NCBI GenBank assembly: GCA_963668645.2
Contig: CAXXWC010000001.1
Location: 160,001-224,000 of the forward strand
Direction of reading: 5' to 3'
Length of the DNA: 64,000 nucleotides
Source: Desulfobacterales bacterium
GTDB lineage: Bacteria; Desulfobacterota; Desulfobacteria; Desulfobacterales; UBA2174
Shown here piece after piece: positions 1 through 10,632 of this stretch (within the stretch, counting starts at the first letter, position 1; the number at the start of each line of letters is the position of its first letter). The position numbers and the translations under genes are program-made. A model generated the notes under the pieces. It was not told the DNA's origin, did no database searches, and saw only the letters and a list, made by a program, of their open reading frames with translations.

Positions 1-175
1 AGAAAATCAATCCGGCGGCGGCAACCAGCACGATCAGATAGCAAACCAAGCCGAAAACCGACTCCGGATAGATGGCCACGGCGCCGGTGAGCAGGGGTAC
101 GGCGGCCATGGCGCTGTAAAACAGATAGTCGCCGAAACGGTATCGGGTCCGCGTCAGGGGTGGATGGTCGTCCAT
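1..175 (-). CDS. Membrane protein, 5' part only (runs off window start)
   Basis: Manual translation from ATG at 175: MDDHPPLTRTRYRFGDYLFYSAMAAVPLLTGAVAIYPESVFGLVCYLIVLVAAAGLIF..., two hydrophobic segments, open to the window edge; not in ORF track. Confidence 0.6.
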   Translation of the reverse strand, partial: MDDHPPLTRTRYRFGDYLFYSAMAAVPLLTGAVAIYPESVFGLVCYLIVLVAAAGLIF

Positions 176-236
176 GTCAAGCCCTCCTTCGTTCTGGGAA
201 GAAATGGAGGAAAAGCCGCACCCGGAAAGATGCTTT

Positions 237-1175
237 TCAGTGGGCCAGGCGCGCACAGGTCTGCGCTACCGTCCAGGCGAAGCCTTCCTTAAAGCGCGCT
301 TCGGCTTCGCCGCGCAGCGCGCCGAAATCGAAACTTCCCGCCCTGCGCAGCAGATCGAGCAGGCCCACCAGGCGGGCTTCCACCGCCTCGGTCAAATCCG
401 GCGGCAAACCGTTTGGCCCGCCTGCATCGCCCTGCAAGGCCTCGCAGACTTCCGGCAACACCGCTTCGGTCAGGCGAAAAACCGCCTCCAGAGGATCGAG
501 CCCCAACCGCTCGGGGCGGTGAAGATAGCTGAACTGCGTATGCAGGGGCAGATCGGCCCGGCCAAGGGCCGCACAGCGCCGGAACCACCATTCCGTATAG
601 CGGACAGAGGCCGAGGGAGAAGGCTCTGCGCGCGGCCCCAGATGTTGCCAGGCCAGCCCGGACAGAACCGCCGCAGGATCCTCTTGCAGGGTCTGGGCCG
701 CGATGCGGCACCCCTTTTTGTAAAGATCGACCCCGGGGGCTTTGTCCGCCTGGGCCATTTCGGCCGCCAGCAGCAGTTGGGGATCGAGGGGGGTGGCCAG
801 CAGCAAAAGCTGGGAGAGATGCCCGGGCGCGCGTCGCAGGGATTTGCCCTGGGATGGGGGGTCGAAGTGCACCGACAGGTTTGGTGGCAGAAAAACCCCC
901 TCAGCCTCGGGGGGCAGATCCAGGCGTGTGCAGAGCAGATCGAAAGTCCGCTCTGCCGGCGGCTCCAGATCGGCGCAGGTCACGATTCGGCCGGGGATCA
1001 GATGATCACGCCAGGCCTCCAGGGCCGCGGCCAAGGCCGCATGCCAGCGTGCTTCGGCCGGATCAGCCCCCAGGGCAACCCAACTATGAATGCGTTCTTC
1101 CGGGGTGATGATCCGCCGCTCTTCGATCATGGCCTCGATCCTCTCTGTCAAGCCTGAACCCGGCATACCGACCAT
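237..1175 (-). CDS. Hypothetical protein (~312 aa; start uncertain)
   Basis: Long ORF with protein-like composition; the overlapping + ORF 174..1157 reads as an antisense shadow; no recognisable motif. Confidence 0.65.
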   Translation of the reverse strand: MVGMPGSGLTERIEAMIEERRIITPEERIHSWVALGADPAEARWHAALAAALEAWRDHLIPGRIVTCADLEPPAERTFDLLCTRLDLPPEAEGVFLPPNLSVHFDPPSQGKSLRRAPGHLSQLLLLATPLDPQLLLAAEMAQADKAPGVDLYKKGCRIAAQTLQEDPAAVLSGLAWQHLGPRAEPSPSASVRYTEWWFRRCAALGRADLPLHTQFSYLHRPERLGLDPLEAVFRLTEAVLPEVCEALQGDAGGPNGLPPDLTEAVEARLVGLLDLLRRAGSFDFGALRGEAEARFKEGFAWTVAQTCARLAH

Positions 1176-1478
1176 GGCTTGATTCTATCTTAAGACCTGT
1201 CTGTTGCTCAATGTGGGAAAAATATCCGGCAATCGTCCTGGGTCGCTGTAACATCGGGCCATGACAGCGTCAAGCCGTTCCGGTGAGCGCTCTGGCTGAA
1301 CCCTGCAATGGCCGGCGTCTCGGATTCGCCGGGAATTGCTGCCCAGCCATCGCTTTCTTGCCGTCACTTCACCCGGGTGATAATAGAAAAGTGATCCAGC
1401 GGCATGCTCGGACGCCCTCGCAAGGCGCCAAGACGCGACAACTCCAGAAAATGTACGTGCTGCTCTTCGGAGAGTCTC

Positions 1479-2735
1479 ATGGCCCACCACCTCTGCCAGG
1501 TCGGATATACACGGCTGATCGATCGGCTCAACCGCGCCCCCCAGGGCGCACCGCCATCCCACCTGCTCTACCGAATCTTACGCCTGCTGGTCTCCCAAAG
1601 CGAAGCCGAGCGTCTGGCGTGTCTGCCCGTCTGGCCCTTCGACGTGGCCACGGCGGCCAGGGCCTGGAACCTGCGCACCGATCGGGCCAGAGATCTTCTC
1701 GATCGCCTGGCCGGCCGGGCCCTGCTGCTCGACATCCACGCCGGCGGCCGCACCCTCTACGTACTGCCGCCGCCCATGGCCGGCTTTTTCGAATTTTCCC
1801 TCATGCGGGTGCGCGGCGATATGGACCAGCGCCTGCTCAGCGAGCTGCTCTATCGTTACATCAACATCGAATCGGATTTCACCACCGACCTCTTTCTCGG
1901 CGGCCGGACCCGCCTCGGGCGCATCTTCGTGCGAGAAGAGGCCCTGGAGCTCACGCCCACCTTGCAGGTTCTCGATTATGAGCGGGCCACCAGCGTAATC
2001 CGCCAGGCCGATGCCATCGGCGTCAGTCTCTGTTACTGCCGCCATAAAATGAGCCATCTGGGCCGGGCCTGCGATGCCCCCCAGGAAATCTGCATGACCT
2101 TCAACAGCGTGGCCGCCGCCTTGATCCGCAACACTTTTGCCCGCCCGGTGGATCCTGTCGAAGCCCTGGAGCTGCTCGATCAGGCCCGCCGGCACCGGCT
2201 GGTCCAATTCGGCGAAAATGTGCGCCAGCGGGTCAATTTCATCTGCCATTGCTGTTCCTGCTGCTGCGAAGCGCTGACCGCCGCACGCCGCTTCGGTTTT
2301 TCCCAGCCTTTGGCGCCGGCGCCGTTTATGCCCGAGGCCATCGCCGAGCGCTGCAACGGATGCCAGCGTTGCACCGCGGTCTGCCCGGTATCGGCCGTCC
2401 GGATGGAGGCCGGCGGCCGTCCTCGGGTGGAGCCTGACCTGTGTCTGGGATGCGGCATCTGCGCCGCGGAATGCCCCCAGCAGGCCATCGTCATGGAGGG
2501 CCGGCCGAGGCCGGTACTGACCCCGCTCAACACGGCCCACCGCACGGTGCTGATGGCCATCGAGCGCGGCCGGCTGCATCATCTGCTCTGCGACCGGCAT
2601 ATCATCGGCCAGCATCGGACATTGAACACGATCCTGGGCGCCATTCTCAGCCTGCCGCCCCTGCATCGGACCCTGGCAAGCCGCCAGCTGGGGTCGCGCT
2701 GCCTGGAAAGGCTCATGGCGCGCTACAACTATTGA
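1479..2735 (+). CDS. 4Fe-4S dicluster-containing protein
   Basis: CNGCQRCTAVCP and CLGCGICAAECP ferredoxin motifs plus CYCRH and ICHCCSCCCE Cys clusters; start placed at ATG 1479 after GGAGAG. Confidence 0.85.
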   Translation: MAHHLCQVGYTRLIDRLNRAPQGAPPSHLLYRILRLLVSQSEAERLACLPVWPFDVATAARAWNLRTDRARDLLDRLAGRALLLDIHAGGRTLYVLPPPMAGFFEFSLMRVRGDMDQRLLSELLYRYINIESDFTTDLFLGGRTRLGRIFVREEALELTPTLQVLDYERATSVIRQADAIGVSLCYCRHKMSHLGRACDAPQEICMTFNSVAAALIRNTFARPVDPVEALELLDQARRHRLVQFGENVRQRVNFICHCCSCCCEALTAARRFGFSQPLAPAPFMPEAIAERCNGCQRCTAVCPVSAVRMEAGGRPRVEPDLCLGCGICAAECPQQAIVMEGRPRPVLTPLNTAHRTVLMAIERGRLHHLLCDRHIIGQHRTLNTILGAILSLPPLHRTLASRQLGSRCLERLMARYNY

Positions 2736-2782
2736 ACCACGCGGCCAGCTGCCCGGAGGGCCGCGCCTGGGAGTCGAAAGTC

Positions 2783-5263
2783 ATGGAAAACAATCAGCTT
2801 TTCGAAAACTGGGGCATCTTCAAAAAACGGATGGACCCCACCGGCATCCAGCTTTCCTTCGCCACCCACCTGGAATATTCCCTGTCCAAGGACCAGTATA
2901 CCGCCACCGGGCGGGATCTGTACACCGCCATCGCCCTGACGGCCCGAGACCGTATGGTCGAGCGCTGGATCAGGACCCAGCAGATCTATCACAACCGCGA
3001 TGTCAAACGGATCTACTATCTTTCGGCCGAGTACCTCATGGGCCGCGTGCTGATCGGCAACCTTTTGAATCTGGGAATTTACGCCCAAACGCAAAAGGCA
3101 CTGGCCGAACTGAACATCGAGCTGGCCGATCTGGTCGAAATGGAACCGGACATGGGGCTGGGCAACGGCGGCTTGGGCCGTCTGGCCGCCTGCTTTCTCG
3201 ACTCCATGGCCACCATGGAACTGCCGGCCCATGGCTACGGGATCCGCTACGAGTTCGGCATCTTCGATCAGGCCATCCGCGGCCTGGGCCAGCTGGAGCT
3301 GCCCGAAAACTGGCTTAAATTCGGCAATCCGTGGGAAATCGCAAGACCGGAGTACAGCTTCCAGGTGGACTACAACGGCTTTGTCAAGCAGACCTACCTG
3401 CCCGACGGCAGGCTGGCCGCCGATTGGACCGGCACCAACCGGGTAATCGGCATCGCCTACGATGTGCCCATCGTCGGTTACGGCAACAACACGGTCAATA
3501 CCCTGCGCCTCTGGTCGGCCCGGGCCAGCAACGAGTTCGAACTGAAGTATTTCCAGCACGGCGATTATCTCAAGGCCGTCGAGGAAAAGAACATCTCGGA
3601 AAACATCTCCAAGGTCCTCTACCCCAACGACCAGATCTACGCCGGCAAGGAGCTGCGCCTCAAGCAGCAGTACTTCTTCGTCTCCTGCTCCATCCAGGAC
3701 ATCATCCGCCGCCATCTCAACGAACATCCGAATTTGGACAACTTCCCGGACAAGGTGGCCATCCAGCTCAACGACACCCACCCGGCGCTGGCCATCGCCG
3801 AATTGATGCGCATCCTGCTGGACCGCTACGAGATGAGCTGGGACAAGGCCTGGGACATCACCCGGCACACCTTCGCCTATACCAACCATACTCTCCTGGC
3901 CGAGGCCCTTGAAAAATGGCCGGTGTCGATGCTCGAAAACCTGCTGCCGCGGCACCTGATGATCATCTACGAGATCAACCGGCGCTTTTTGCGCGACGTG
4001 GCCACCGTCTATCTCAACGACAGCGACCGGCTGCGGCGCATGTCGCTCATCGAAGAGGGGCCGGAAAAAATGGTGCGCATGGCCCATCTGGCCATCGTCG
4101 GTTCCCGTTCGGTCAACGGCGTGGCCCGGCTTCACAGCCGGCTGCTGCGTGAACGGGAGCTGAAGGATTTTTCGGAGATGTTCCCCGAACGCTTCAACAA
4201 CAAGACCAACGGCATAACCCCCCGGCGCTGGCTCCTGGCGGCCAATCCTGCCCTTTCGAGCCTGGTTGAAAGCCGCATCGGCCGCGGATGGATCACCGAT
4301 CTGAACCAGCTCGAACGCCTGGAACCGCTGGCCGGCGAGGAAGGCTTCATCCACCAGTGGCAAGGGATCAAGCGGGCCAACAAGGAGGTGCTGGCCAGCC
4401 TGACCCGGGACCTGACCGGCACCACCGTCTCACCGGACGCCATCTTCGACGTCATGGTCAAACGGATCCATGAATACAAACGCCAGGTGCTCGATATTCT
4501 CAACGTGGTTTATTGCTGGCTCAAACTCAAGCACGACCAGGATTTCGACCTTTATCCGCGCGTCTTTTTCTTCGGCGGCAAGGCGGCCCCGGGCTATGCC
4601 CGGGCCAAGCTGATCATCCGGCTCATCTGCCACGTGGCCGAAATGGTCAACCGCGACCTGCGCACCCGGGACCGGCTCAAGGTCGTCTTTCTACCCAACT
4701 ACCGCGTCTCGCTGGCCGAGCGGATCTTTCCGGCGGCCAACGTCTCCGAGCAGATCTCCACCGCCGGCTATGAGGCTTCGGGCACCAGCAACATGAAGTT
4801 CGCCCTCAACGGGGCCCTGACCGTCGGCACCCTGGACGGGGCCACCATCGAAATCATGGAGGCCGTGGGCCACGACCATATCTTCATTTTCGGCCTGACC
4901 GCCGAAGAAGCCCTGGCCATACGCCCCGATTATCATCCCTTGGACTTCTACAGCGCCGATCCGTTGCTCAAGGAGGCCATGGACCTGATCGGCAACGGTT
5001 TCTTCTCGCCCGAGCAGCCCGGCCTGTTCCGGCCCCTGATCGATGCCCTGCTCAACGAGGACCGCTACCTGGTGCTGGCCGACTTTGCCGCCTACCACCA
5101 ATGCCAGATGCAGGTCGATGCGCGCTACCGCGACCGACGGGCCTGGACCGCCAGCGCCATTCTCAACGTGGCGCGCATGGGCCGCTTTTCTTCGGACCGG
5201 ACCATCGGTGATTACAACCGGGATATCTGGGGATGCAAACCGATTAAAATCGTGCAGGATTAA
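2783..5263 (+). CDS. glgP: Glycogen/maltodextrin phosphorylase
   Basis: GLGNGGLGRLAACFLDS, QLNDTHP, KTNGITPRRW, KRIHEYKRQ, PLP-lysine motif EASGTSNMKF; start placed at ATG 2783. Confidence 0.97.
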   Translation: MENNQLFENWGIFKKRMDPTGIQLSFATHLEYSLSKDQYTATGRDLYTAIALTARDRMVERWIRTQQIYHNRDVKRIYYLSAEYLMGRVLIGNLLNLGIYAQTQKALAELNIELADLVEMEPDMGLGNGGLGRLAACFLDSMATMELPAHGYGIRYEFGIFDQAIRGLGQLELPENWLKFGNPWEIARPEYSFQVDYNGFVKQTYLPDGRLAADWTGTNRVIGIAYDVPIVGYGNNTVNTLRLWSARASNEFELKYFQHGDYLKAVEEKNISENISKVLYPNDQIYAGKELRLKQQYFFVSCSIQDIIRRHLNEHPNLDNFPDKVAIQLNDTHPALAIAELMRILLDRYEMSWDKAWDITRHTFAYTNHTLLAEALEKWPVSMLENLLPRHLMIIYEINRRFLRDVATVYLNDSDRLRRMSLIEEGPEKMVRMAHLAIVGSRSVNGVARLHSRLLRERELKDFSEMFPERFNNKTNGITPRRWLLAANPALSSLVESRIGRGWITDLNQLERLEPLAGEEGFIHQWQGIKRANKEVLASLTRDLTGTTVSPDAIFDVMVKRIHEYKRQVLDILNVVYCWLKLKHDQDFDLYPRVFFFGGKAAPGYARAKLIIRLICHVAEMVNRDLRTRDRLKVVFLPNYRVSLAERIFPAANVSEQISTAGYEASGTSNMKFALNGALTVGTLDGATIEIMEAVGHDHIFIFGLTAEEALAIRPDYHPLDFYSADPLLKEAMDLIGNGFFSPEQPGLFRPLIDALLNEDRYLVLADFAAYHQCQMQVDARYRDRRAWTASAILNVARMGRFSSDRTIGDYNRDIWGCKPIKIVQD

Positions 5264-5314
5264 AAGACGAGACGATCAGCCGCGCCCCCATGGGGGGATG
5301 GGACCGTTGGCGAC

Positions 5315-5977
5315 TCAGTCCACCACTGCCAGCGCCTGCAGATCGAGCGGCACATGGCCGGCGGCCCGCCGGCGCAGCACGCCCAGACTGCCGATACGCG
5401 CCTCGGAGACGAAAAGGCCCGAGCGCAGGGCCAGACGATAGATATGATAGGGGGCCTGGCCTCCCTCGGCCGGATCGGCGAAGATATCGTGGATCAGAAG
5501 CCAGCCGCCCGTCATAACATGGCCGGCCCAGGCGTTGTAGTCCCCGAAAACCGTTTCCAGGGCGTGGCCCCCGTCGATGAAAAGCAGGGCAAGTGGCGTG
5601 GCCCAGCCGCGGGCCACCACATGGCTCGGCCCGACGATGGGCACCACCGTCTCTTCCAGGCCGGCTTCGGCCAGGGTGCGCCGCAGGTGAGGCAGCGTGT
5701 CGATGGAGCCCTGGCGCTCGTCGAAGAGTTGCGCGTCGAAATACTGCTGGCCGGGTTGCTGTTCTTCGCTGCCGCGGTGGTGGTCGATGGTAAAGAGGAT
5801 CTGCCTGCACCTTCTGCAGGCGCTGCCCAGGTAAAGGGCGCTCTTGCCGCAATAGCTGCCGATTTCCAGGCACGGCCCCATCCGCCCGGCCGCCATCGCG
5901 GCCTCGTAGAGGGCCTGGCCCTCGACCGGATCGAGAAACCCCTTGGTGCGTTCGATGAGGGACTGGGAGATATCCAT
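5315..5977 (-). CDS. Class I SAM-dependent methyltransferase (Methyltransf_24-like)
   Basis: LEIGSYCGKS SAM-binding motif, IDHHRGSEE, LFIDGGH, LIHD. Confidence 0.85.
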   Translation of the reverse strand: MDISQSLIERTKGFLDPVEGQALYEAAMAAGRMGPCLEIGSYCGKSALYLGSACRRCRQILFTIDHHRGSEEQQPGQQYFDAQLFDERQGSIDTLPHLRRTLAEAGLEETVVPIVGPSHVVARGWATPLALLFIDGGHALETVFGDYNAWAGHVMTGGWLLIHDIFADPAEGGQAPYHIYRLALRSGLFVSEARIGSLGVLRRRAAGHVPLDLQALAVVD

Positions 5978-6053
5978 ACAGTTGCAGATTCTAGGTTGTG
6001 GGTTGTTGTCAAATAGGTCGGATTGACGCAACTGCTTGCGACTCGCCCCGCCC

Positions 6054-8213
6054 TCAAGGCTCCTCATGGCTGCGTACCAGCACCTCGCGCGGCTTGACCC
6101 CGTCGGCCGGTCCGATCACCCCTTCACGCTCCATGGTCTCGATGATCCTGGCAGCCCGGTTGTAGCCGATGCGCAAGTGGCGCTGGACCATGGAAATCGA
6201 AGCCTGACCGCTGCGGGTCACCAGGGCCACGGCGGCGTCGTAGCGCTCGTCGTATTCCGTATCCTCGCCATTTTCATCCCCTTCGTCCTGCACCGGCTGG
6301 GCCGTCACCCCATCGAGGTATTCGGGCGGCTTCTGGGCCTTGAGAAACTCGACCACCGCCGTGAGTTCCTCCTCGCTGATAAAGGCCCCGTGCACCCGCT
6401 GCAGCTTCGCCGTGCCCGGGGGCAAGAGCAGCATATCGCCGTTGCCCAGCAGGTTTTCGGCCCCGCCGCTATCGATGATGGTGCGCGAATCGGTGCGCGA
6501 AGAGACTTGGAAGGTCAGTCGGGTGGGGAAATTAGCCTTGATGATCCCGGTGAGCACGTCCACCGAGGGGCGCTGGGTGGCCAGGATCAAATGGATCCCC
6601 GAGGCCCGGGCCATCTGGGCCAGACGGGTCAGGGCGACTTCCACGTCGCGGCTGGCCACCATCATCAGGTCGGCCAACTCGTCGATGATGATCACGATCA
6701 GTGGCAGCTTCTCGGGCTTTTTCCCCTCGGCATCCGGTTCGGCTTTCTCAACTTTCTGGTTGTACTGCTTGAGGTTGCGCACCTTCTGGATCTGGAGCAG
6801 GGCGTAGCGCCGCTCCATCTCGTGCACGGCCCAGAACAGGGCGTTGGTGGCCTTCTTGACGTCCGTGACCACCGGCGTGATCAGATGGGGGATCCCGTCG
6901 TAAAGCGAAAGCTCGATGCGCTTGGGATCGACCATGATGAATTTGACCTCTTCAGGCCCGGCCTTGTAAAGAAGGCTGCAAATCATGGCGTTGAGCCCTA
7001 CGCTTTTGCCCGTGCCGGTGGCCCCGGCGATGAGCAGGTGGGGCATGCGCTCCAGTTCGGTCACCACCGGGTTGCCCACGATGTCCTTGCCCAGGCACAG
7101 GGTCAGCTTGGACTTGGATTTTTCAAAAGCGCTGGAGATCACCACCTCTTTGAAACGCACCAGTTCGCGATCGACGTTGGGGATTTCAATACCCACGGCC
7201 GCCTTGCCCGGAATCGGCGCCACGATGCGGATGCTCGTGGCCCTCAGGGCCATGGACAGGTCATCGGAAAGATTGGCGATACGGTTGATCTTGACCCCCG
7301 GCGCCGGTTCGTACTCGAAGGTGGTGATCACCGGCCCGGGCAAGACCGCCGCCACCTGCCCGTGGACCCCGAAATCTTCGAGTTTCTTTTCCAGAAGGCG
7401 CGACTGCATCTTGAGGTTTTCCTTGTCCACGGCCACCGGCCGCGGCTCGGGATCGATCAGGAGGCTGACCGGCGGCAGCTTGAACCCGTTCTCGTCGCGC
7501 ATGAAATCGAAGACTTCCTGCTTGGGTGCCGGTTTGGGCGGGATCGGCCGCGGCGGGACGGTCTTGATGGTCAGGGGCGCAGGGGGCCGAGCCGCCTGTT
7601 CCTGCAAGTGCTTCTGGCGTTTGACGGATTTGCGCTTGCGCTCGCGGCGCTTGATCATGACCGTGCGGATCCGCTCGTTGACAAAGGCCAGGGCCGTCAA
7701 CACGCGCCGGCCGAAACGGACCAGTGAAAATCCGGTGGCCAGGATCAATCCCACCAGCCACAGAAGGACCAGAATGATGGTGCCGCCGGTGGAGTTCATG
7801 TAGCGCAGGGTAAAATTCTTGACCGCTTCGCCCAGAAGACCGCCTGCGGCATAGGGGCGGGAAAACAGGATCAATTCGACCTGGGGGGCCGCCCAGCGGC
7901 TGATGAGGCTGCCGGTGATCACCACCAGCACCAGGCCGCCGACCAGGGTACATGCCAGGGCCTCCCGGCTGTGGTGGCCGAAAAAATGGACGCTGACCAC
8001 CAGGAGCAGAATCGGCATCCAAAACGCACCCAGCCCGAAAAGACTGATCAGCGCACCGGCCAGGTGGGCCCCGGCCACACCGAAGAGGTTGGCCACCCGA
8101 TCGGTGGAAACGGCATGGTTCAGGGAGGGATCCCCGGGATGAAAGGAAACCAGGCTGATGAGGGTGAAAATCACCAGAAAGAAGATAAAGATGCCTGCGA
8201 TTTCCTTGCGCAT
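6054..8213 (-). CDS. ftsK: DNA translocase FtsK
   Basis: N-terminal TM domain, PHLLIAGATGTGKS Walker A, IIIDELADLMM, LATQRPSVDV, C-terminal gamma domain (IGYNRAARIIE). Confidence 0.97.
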   Translation of the reverse strand: MRKEIAGIFIFFLVIFTLISLVSFHPGDPSLNHAVSTDRVANLFGVAGAHLAGALISLFGLGAFWMPILLLVVSVHFFGHHSREALACTLVGGLVLVVITGSLISRWAAPQVELILFSRPYAAGGLLGEAVKNFTLRYMNSTGGTIILVLLWLVGLILATGFSLVRFGRRVLTALAFVNERIRTVMIKRRERKRKSVKRQKHLQEQAARPPAPLTIKTVPPRPIPPKPAPKQEVFDFMRDENGFKLPPVSLLIDPEPRPVAVDKENLKMQSRLLEKKLEDFGVHGQVAAVLPGPVITTFEYEPAPGVKINRIANLSDDLSMALRATSIRIVAPIPGKAAVGIEIPNVDRELVRFKEVVISSAFEKSKSKLTLCLGKDIVGNPVVTELERMPHLLIAGATGTGKSVGLNAMICSLLYKAGPEEVKFIMVDPKRIELSLYDGIPHLITPVVTDVKKATNALFWAVHEMERRYALLQIQKVRNLKQYNQKVEKAEPDAEGKKPEKLPLIVIIIDELADLMMVASRDVEVALTRLAQMARASGIHLILATQRPSVDVLTGIIKANFPTRLTFQVSSRTDSRTIIDSGGAENLLGNGDMLLLPPGTAKLQRVHGAFISEEELTAVVEFLKAQKPPEYLDGVTAQPVQDEGDENGEDTEYDERYDAAVALVTRSGQASISMVQRHLRIGYNRAARIIETMEREGVIGPADGVKPREVLVRSHEEP

Positions 8214-8227
8214 GGAGGCCTTCGCGG

Positions 8228-9877
8228 TTAAATCTCCAGGATAAAAGGCAAAATCACCGGGCGCCGCTTGATGGTGAATTCGAAGTACTTGCGCAGCGCG
8301 CTGCGCACTTCGTTGCGCAGTCTTTCGGCGCGATTGGGCACCTGGGTGCCGATTTCCTCGACAACCTCCAGCACCACGCAGACCGCATCGTCCAGGATGT
8401 GGCCGGTGCTGCTCTCGAAGACAAAACCCTTGGAGACGATATCCGGCCCGAAGACGATGATCCCGGTCTCCTCATCCAGGGCCATGTTGACGACCACCAG
8501 GCCGTCCTCGCTGAGCAGACGCCGCTCCTTGAGAACGCTGCGCCCGACGTCCCCGATCCCCTTTCCGTCCACCATCACCCGGCCGGTGCCCACCGGCTCG
8601 CCCAGACGCCCCCCTGCCCCGTCAAAAATGATGGGACGGCCGTTTTCCGCCAGCAGGATCCGTCCAGGGGCGATCCCCACCGATTCGGCCAGCCGGGCGT
8701 GCAGCGTCAGGTGGCGATATTCCCCGTGGATCGGCACGAAAAAGCGCGGCCGGGTCAGGTTGATCATCAACTTGAGCTCTTCGCGAAATGCGTGGCCCGA
8801 TACGTGGATGGCCGAAATTTTCTCGTAGATCACGTCCGCGCCACGCCGGTAGAGCTGGTTGATGATCTGGCCGATGGCGCGCTCGTTGCCGGGGATGAAC
8901 TTGGAGCTGAGAATGACGGTGTCCCCCTGGTGGATCTGGATCTGCCGGTGGTTACCGTGGGCCATGCGCGCCAGGGCGGCCATCGGTTCGCCCTGGCTGC
9001 CGGTGGTGACGATGAGCACCTCTTCGTCGGCAAGATCGTCGAGATTGGCGATGTCTTCCTCGATGCTCTCCGGTACGCTCAGGCAACCGAGGTCCTTGGC
9101 GATGCGCACGCTCGTCTCGATGCTGCGCCCGTTGAAGATCACTTTTCGTCCGGTGGCTTCGGCCGCCTGGACCGCCTGCTGGATGCGACCAATGCTCGAA
9201 GCGAAAAGGGCGATGATCACCCGTCCGCCGGCATCGGCGGCGATGCGCGTCAGGGTCCGGCCGACCTCGCGATCAGAGAGGGTGTAGCCCTCCTTTTCGA
9301 CGTTGGTTGAATCGGAAAAGAGCGCCAGCACGCCGTTTTCACCGAAACGGGCCAAACGGTTGACATCGGTCCTGAGGGCTTCCTCCCCGCTGTGATCGAT
9401 CTTGAAATCACCGCTGTGAATCACCGTCCCCAGGGGGGTGTGCACGGCCAGGCCCACCCCGTCCACCACGCTGTGGGCCACGCGGAAAAACTCGATGGCA
9501 AAAGTCCCCAGGCGCAGGTGGCTTTCGGTCGTGATGGTGTGGAGCACTGCCTGGTGGCGAAGCCCGTGCTCCTCGAGTTTTTGGGCCACGATGCCCAGGG
9601 TAAAAGGGGTGCCGAAAACCGGCAGGTTGATCTCGCGCAGCAGATAAGGCAGGGCCCCGATGTGGTCCTCGTGGGCATGGGTCAACACCAGACCGGCCAG
9701 TCGCCGCCGGTTGGCACGCAGATAAGCGAAGTCGGGAATCACACAGTCGATTCCCAGCATATAGTCTTCGGGGAACATAAGTCCGGCGTCCACCACAAAA
9801 AGGGTGTCGCCAAACTCGAAAGTCATCATGTTGAGCCCGATTTCACCCAACCCGCCCAGGGGAACGATTTTCAACAT
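8228..9877 (-). CDS. rnj: Ribonuclease J
   Basis: PLGGLGEIGLNM, THAHEDHIG, HSGDFK, TGSQGEPMAAL, IHVSGHA, PIHGEYRH. Confidence 0.97.
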   Translation of the reverse strand: MLKIVPLGGLGEIGLNMMTFEFGDTLFVVDAGLMFPEDYMLGIDCVIPDFAYLRANRRRLAGLVLTHAHEDHIGALPYLLREINLPVFGTPFTLGIVAQKLEEHGLRHQAVLHTITTESHLRLGTFAIEFFRVAHSVVDGVGLAVHTPLGTVIHSGDFKIDHSGEEALRTDVNRLARFGENGVLALFSDSTNVEKEGYTLSDREVGRTLTRIAADAGGRVIIALFASSIGRIQQAVQAAEATGRKVIFNGRSIETSVRIAKDLGCLSVPESIEEDIANLDDLADEEVLIVTTGSQGEPMAALARMAHGNHRQIQIHQGDTVILSSKFIPGNERAIGQIINQLYRRGADVIYEKISAIHVSGHAFREELKLMINLTRPRFFVPIHGEYRHLTLHARLAESVGIAPGRILLAENGRPIIFDGAGGRLGEPVGTGRVMVDGKGIGDVGRSVLKERRLLSEDGLVVVNMALDEETGIIVFGPDIVSKGFVFESSTGHILDDAVCVVLEVVEEIGTQVPNRAERLRNEVRSALRKYFEFTIKRRPVILPFILEI

Positions 9878-10620
9878 ATCGTCCGGCCTCGCTCGGCGCA
9901 GGTGACGGCCTCGGTCAAGGATTGCCGTACCAGGTCCATCAGCAACTCTTTGTGGTCGCGATCGTATTGCCGGGTATCGATGGGCGGATGCAGATACAGG
10001 ACCACCGGTCCCGGGTCGAGAAGCAACCGATTCTTGGGCAGGATGCGACGTGTCCCGTGAATGCCGATGGGCAAAATCGGCACCTCGGCATCCACCGCCA
10101 GCACAAAACCCCCTTTTTTAAACTGCTGCAACCGGCCGTCCGGACTGCGGGTGCCTTCGGGAAAGATGAGCACCGATACCCTGCCCCGGATGGCATCGGC
10201 AGCCTTTCCGATGCTGGCGAAGGCCGACTGGCGGTTGGATCGATCGATGCTGATATAGCCGCAGCCGCGCATGGCGCACCCGAAGATGGGAATCTTGAAC
10301 AGCTCGGCCTTGGCCAGCCAGCGAAATTCGGTATCCAGGGCCCCGAGCAGGACCGGAATGTCGAAATGGCTCTGGTGGTTGGGCATCAAAATTGCGGATC
10401 CGGCCTCGGCCAGGTGTTCGGCCCCGATCACGGTGACCTTGACACCGCTGGCCCACAAGATCGACCGGGCCCAGTATTGGGCCAACCGATGGCCCCAATG
10501 CCGCGCCCGTTCGGCAGGACGCAACAGGACGGTAACCACGATTGTCAACACCCCTACGAACATGGTGCTGACCAAAATCCAAGGGTAGAGATAAAGGGTT
10601 TTGAATAGCTTACGGGTCAT
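9871..10620 (-). CDS. plsC: 1-acyl-sn-glycerol-3-phosphate acyltransferase
   Basis: NHQSHFD (HX4D) and FPEGTRS motifs. Confidence 0.92.
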   Translation of the reverse strand: MTRKLFKTLYLYPWILVSTMFVGVLTIVVTVLLRPAERARHWGHRLAQYWARSILWASGVKVTVIGAEHLAEAGSAILMPNHQSHFDIPVLLGALDTEFRWLAKAELFKIPIFGCAMRGCGYISIDRSNRQSAFASIGKAADAIRGRVSVLIFPEGTRSPDGRLQQFKKGGFVLAVDAEVPILPIGIHGTRRILPKNRLLLDPGPVVLYLHPPIDTRQYDRDHKELLMDLVRQSLTEAVTCAERGRTIC

Positions 10621-10632
10621 ACCGGATCAGAT

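Noticed and set aside
174..1157. 327-aa + strand ORF
   Set aside because: Antisense shadow of 237..1175; long stop-free reverse frames are expected in high-GC DNA
2441..2782. 114-aa N-terminal extension of GlgP in the ORF track
   Set aside because: Overlaps the upstream Fe-S gene in another frame; phosphorylase-like sequence begins at ATG 2783
6036..7727. Long antisense ORFs (also 2729..4363, 13513..15504, 21527..22819, 34799..36448, 51033..52667)
   Set aside because: Each mirrors a well-supported gene on the other strand and has no motifs or RBS
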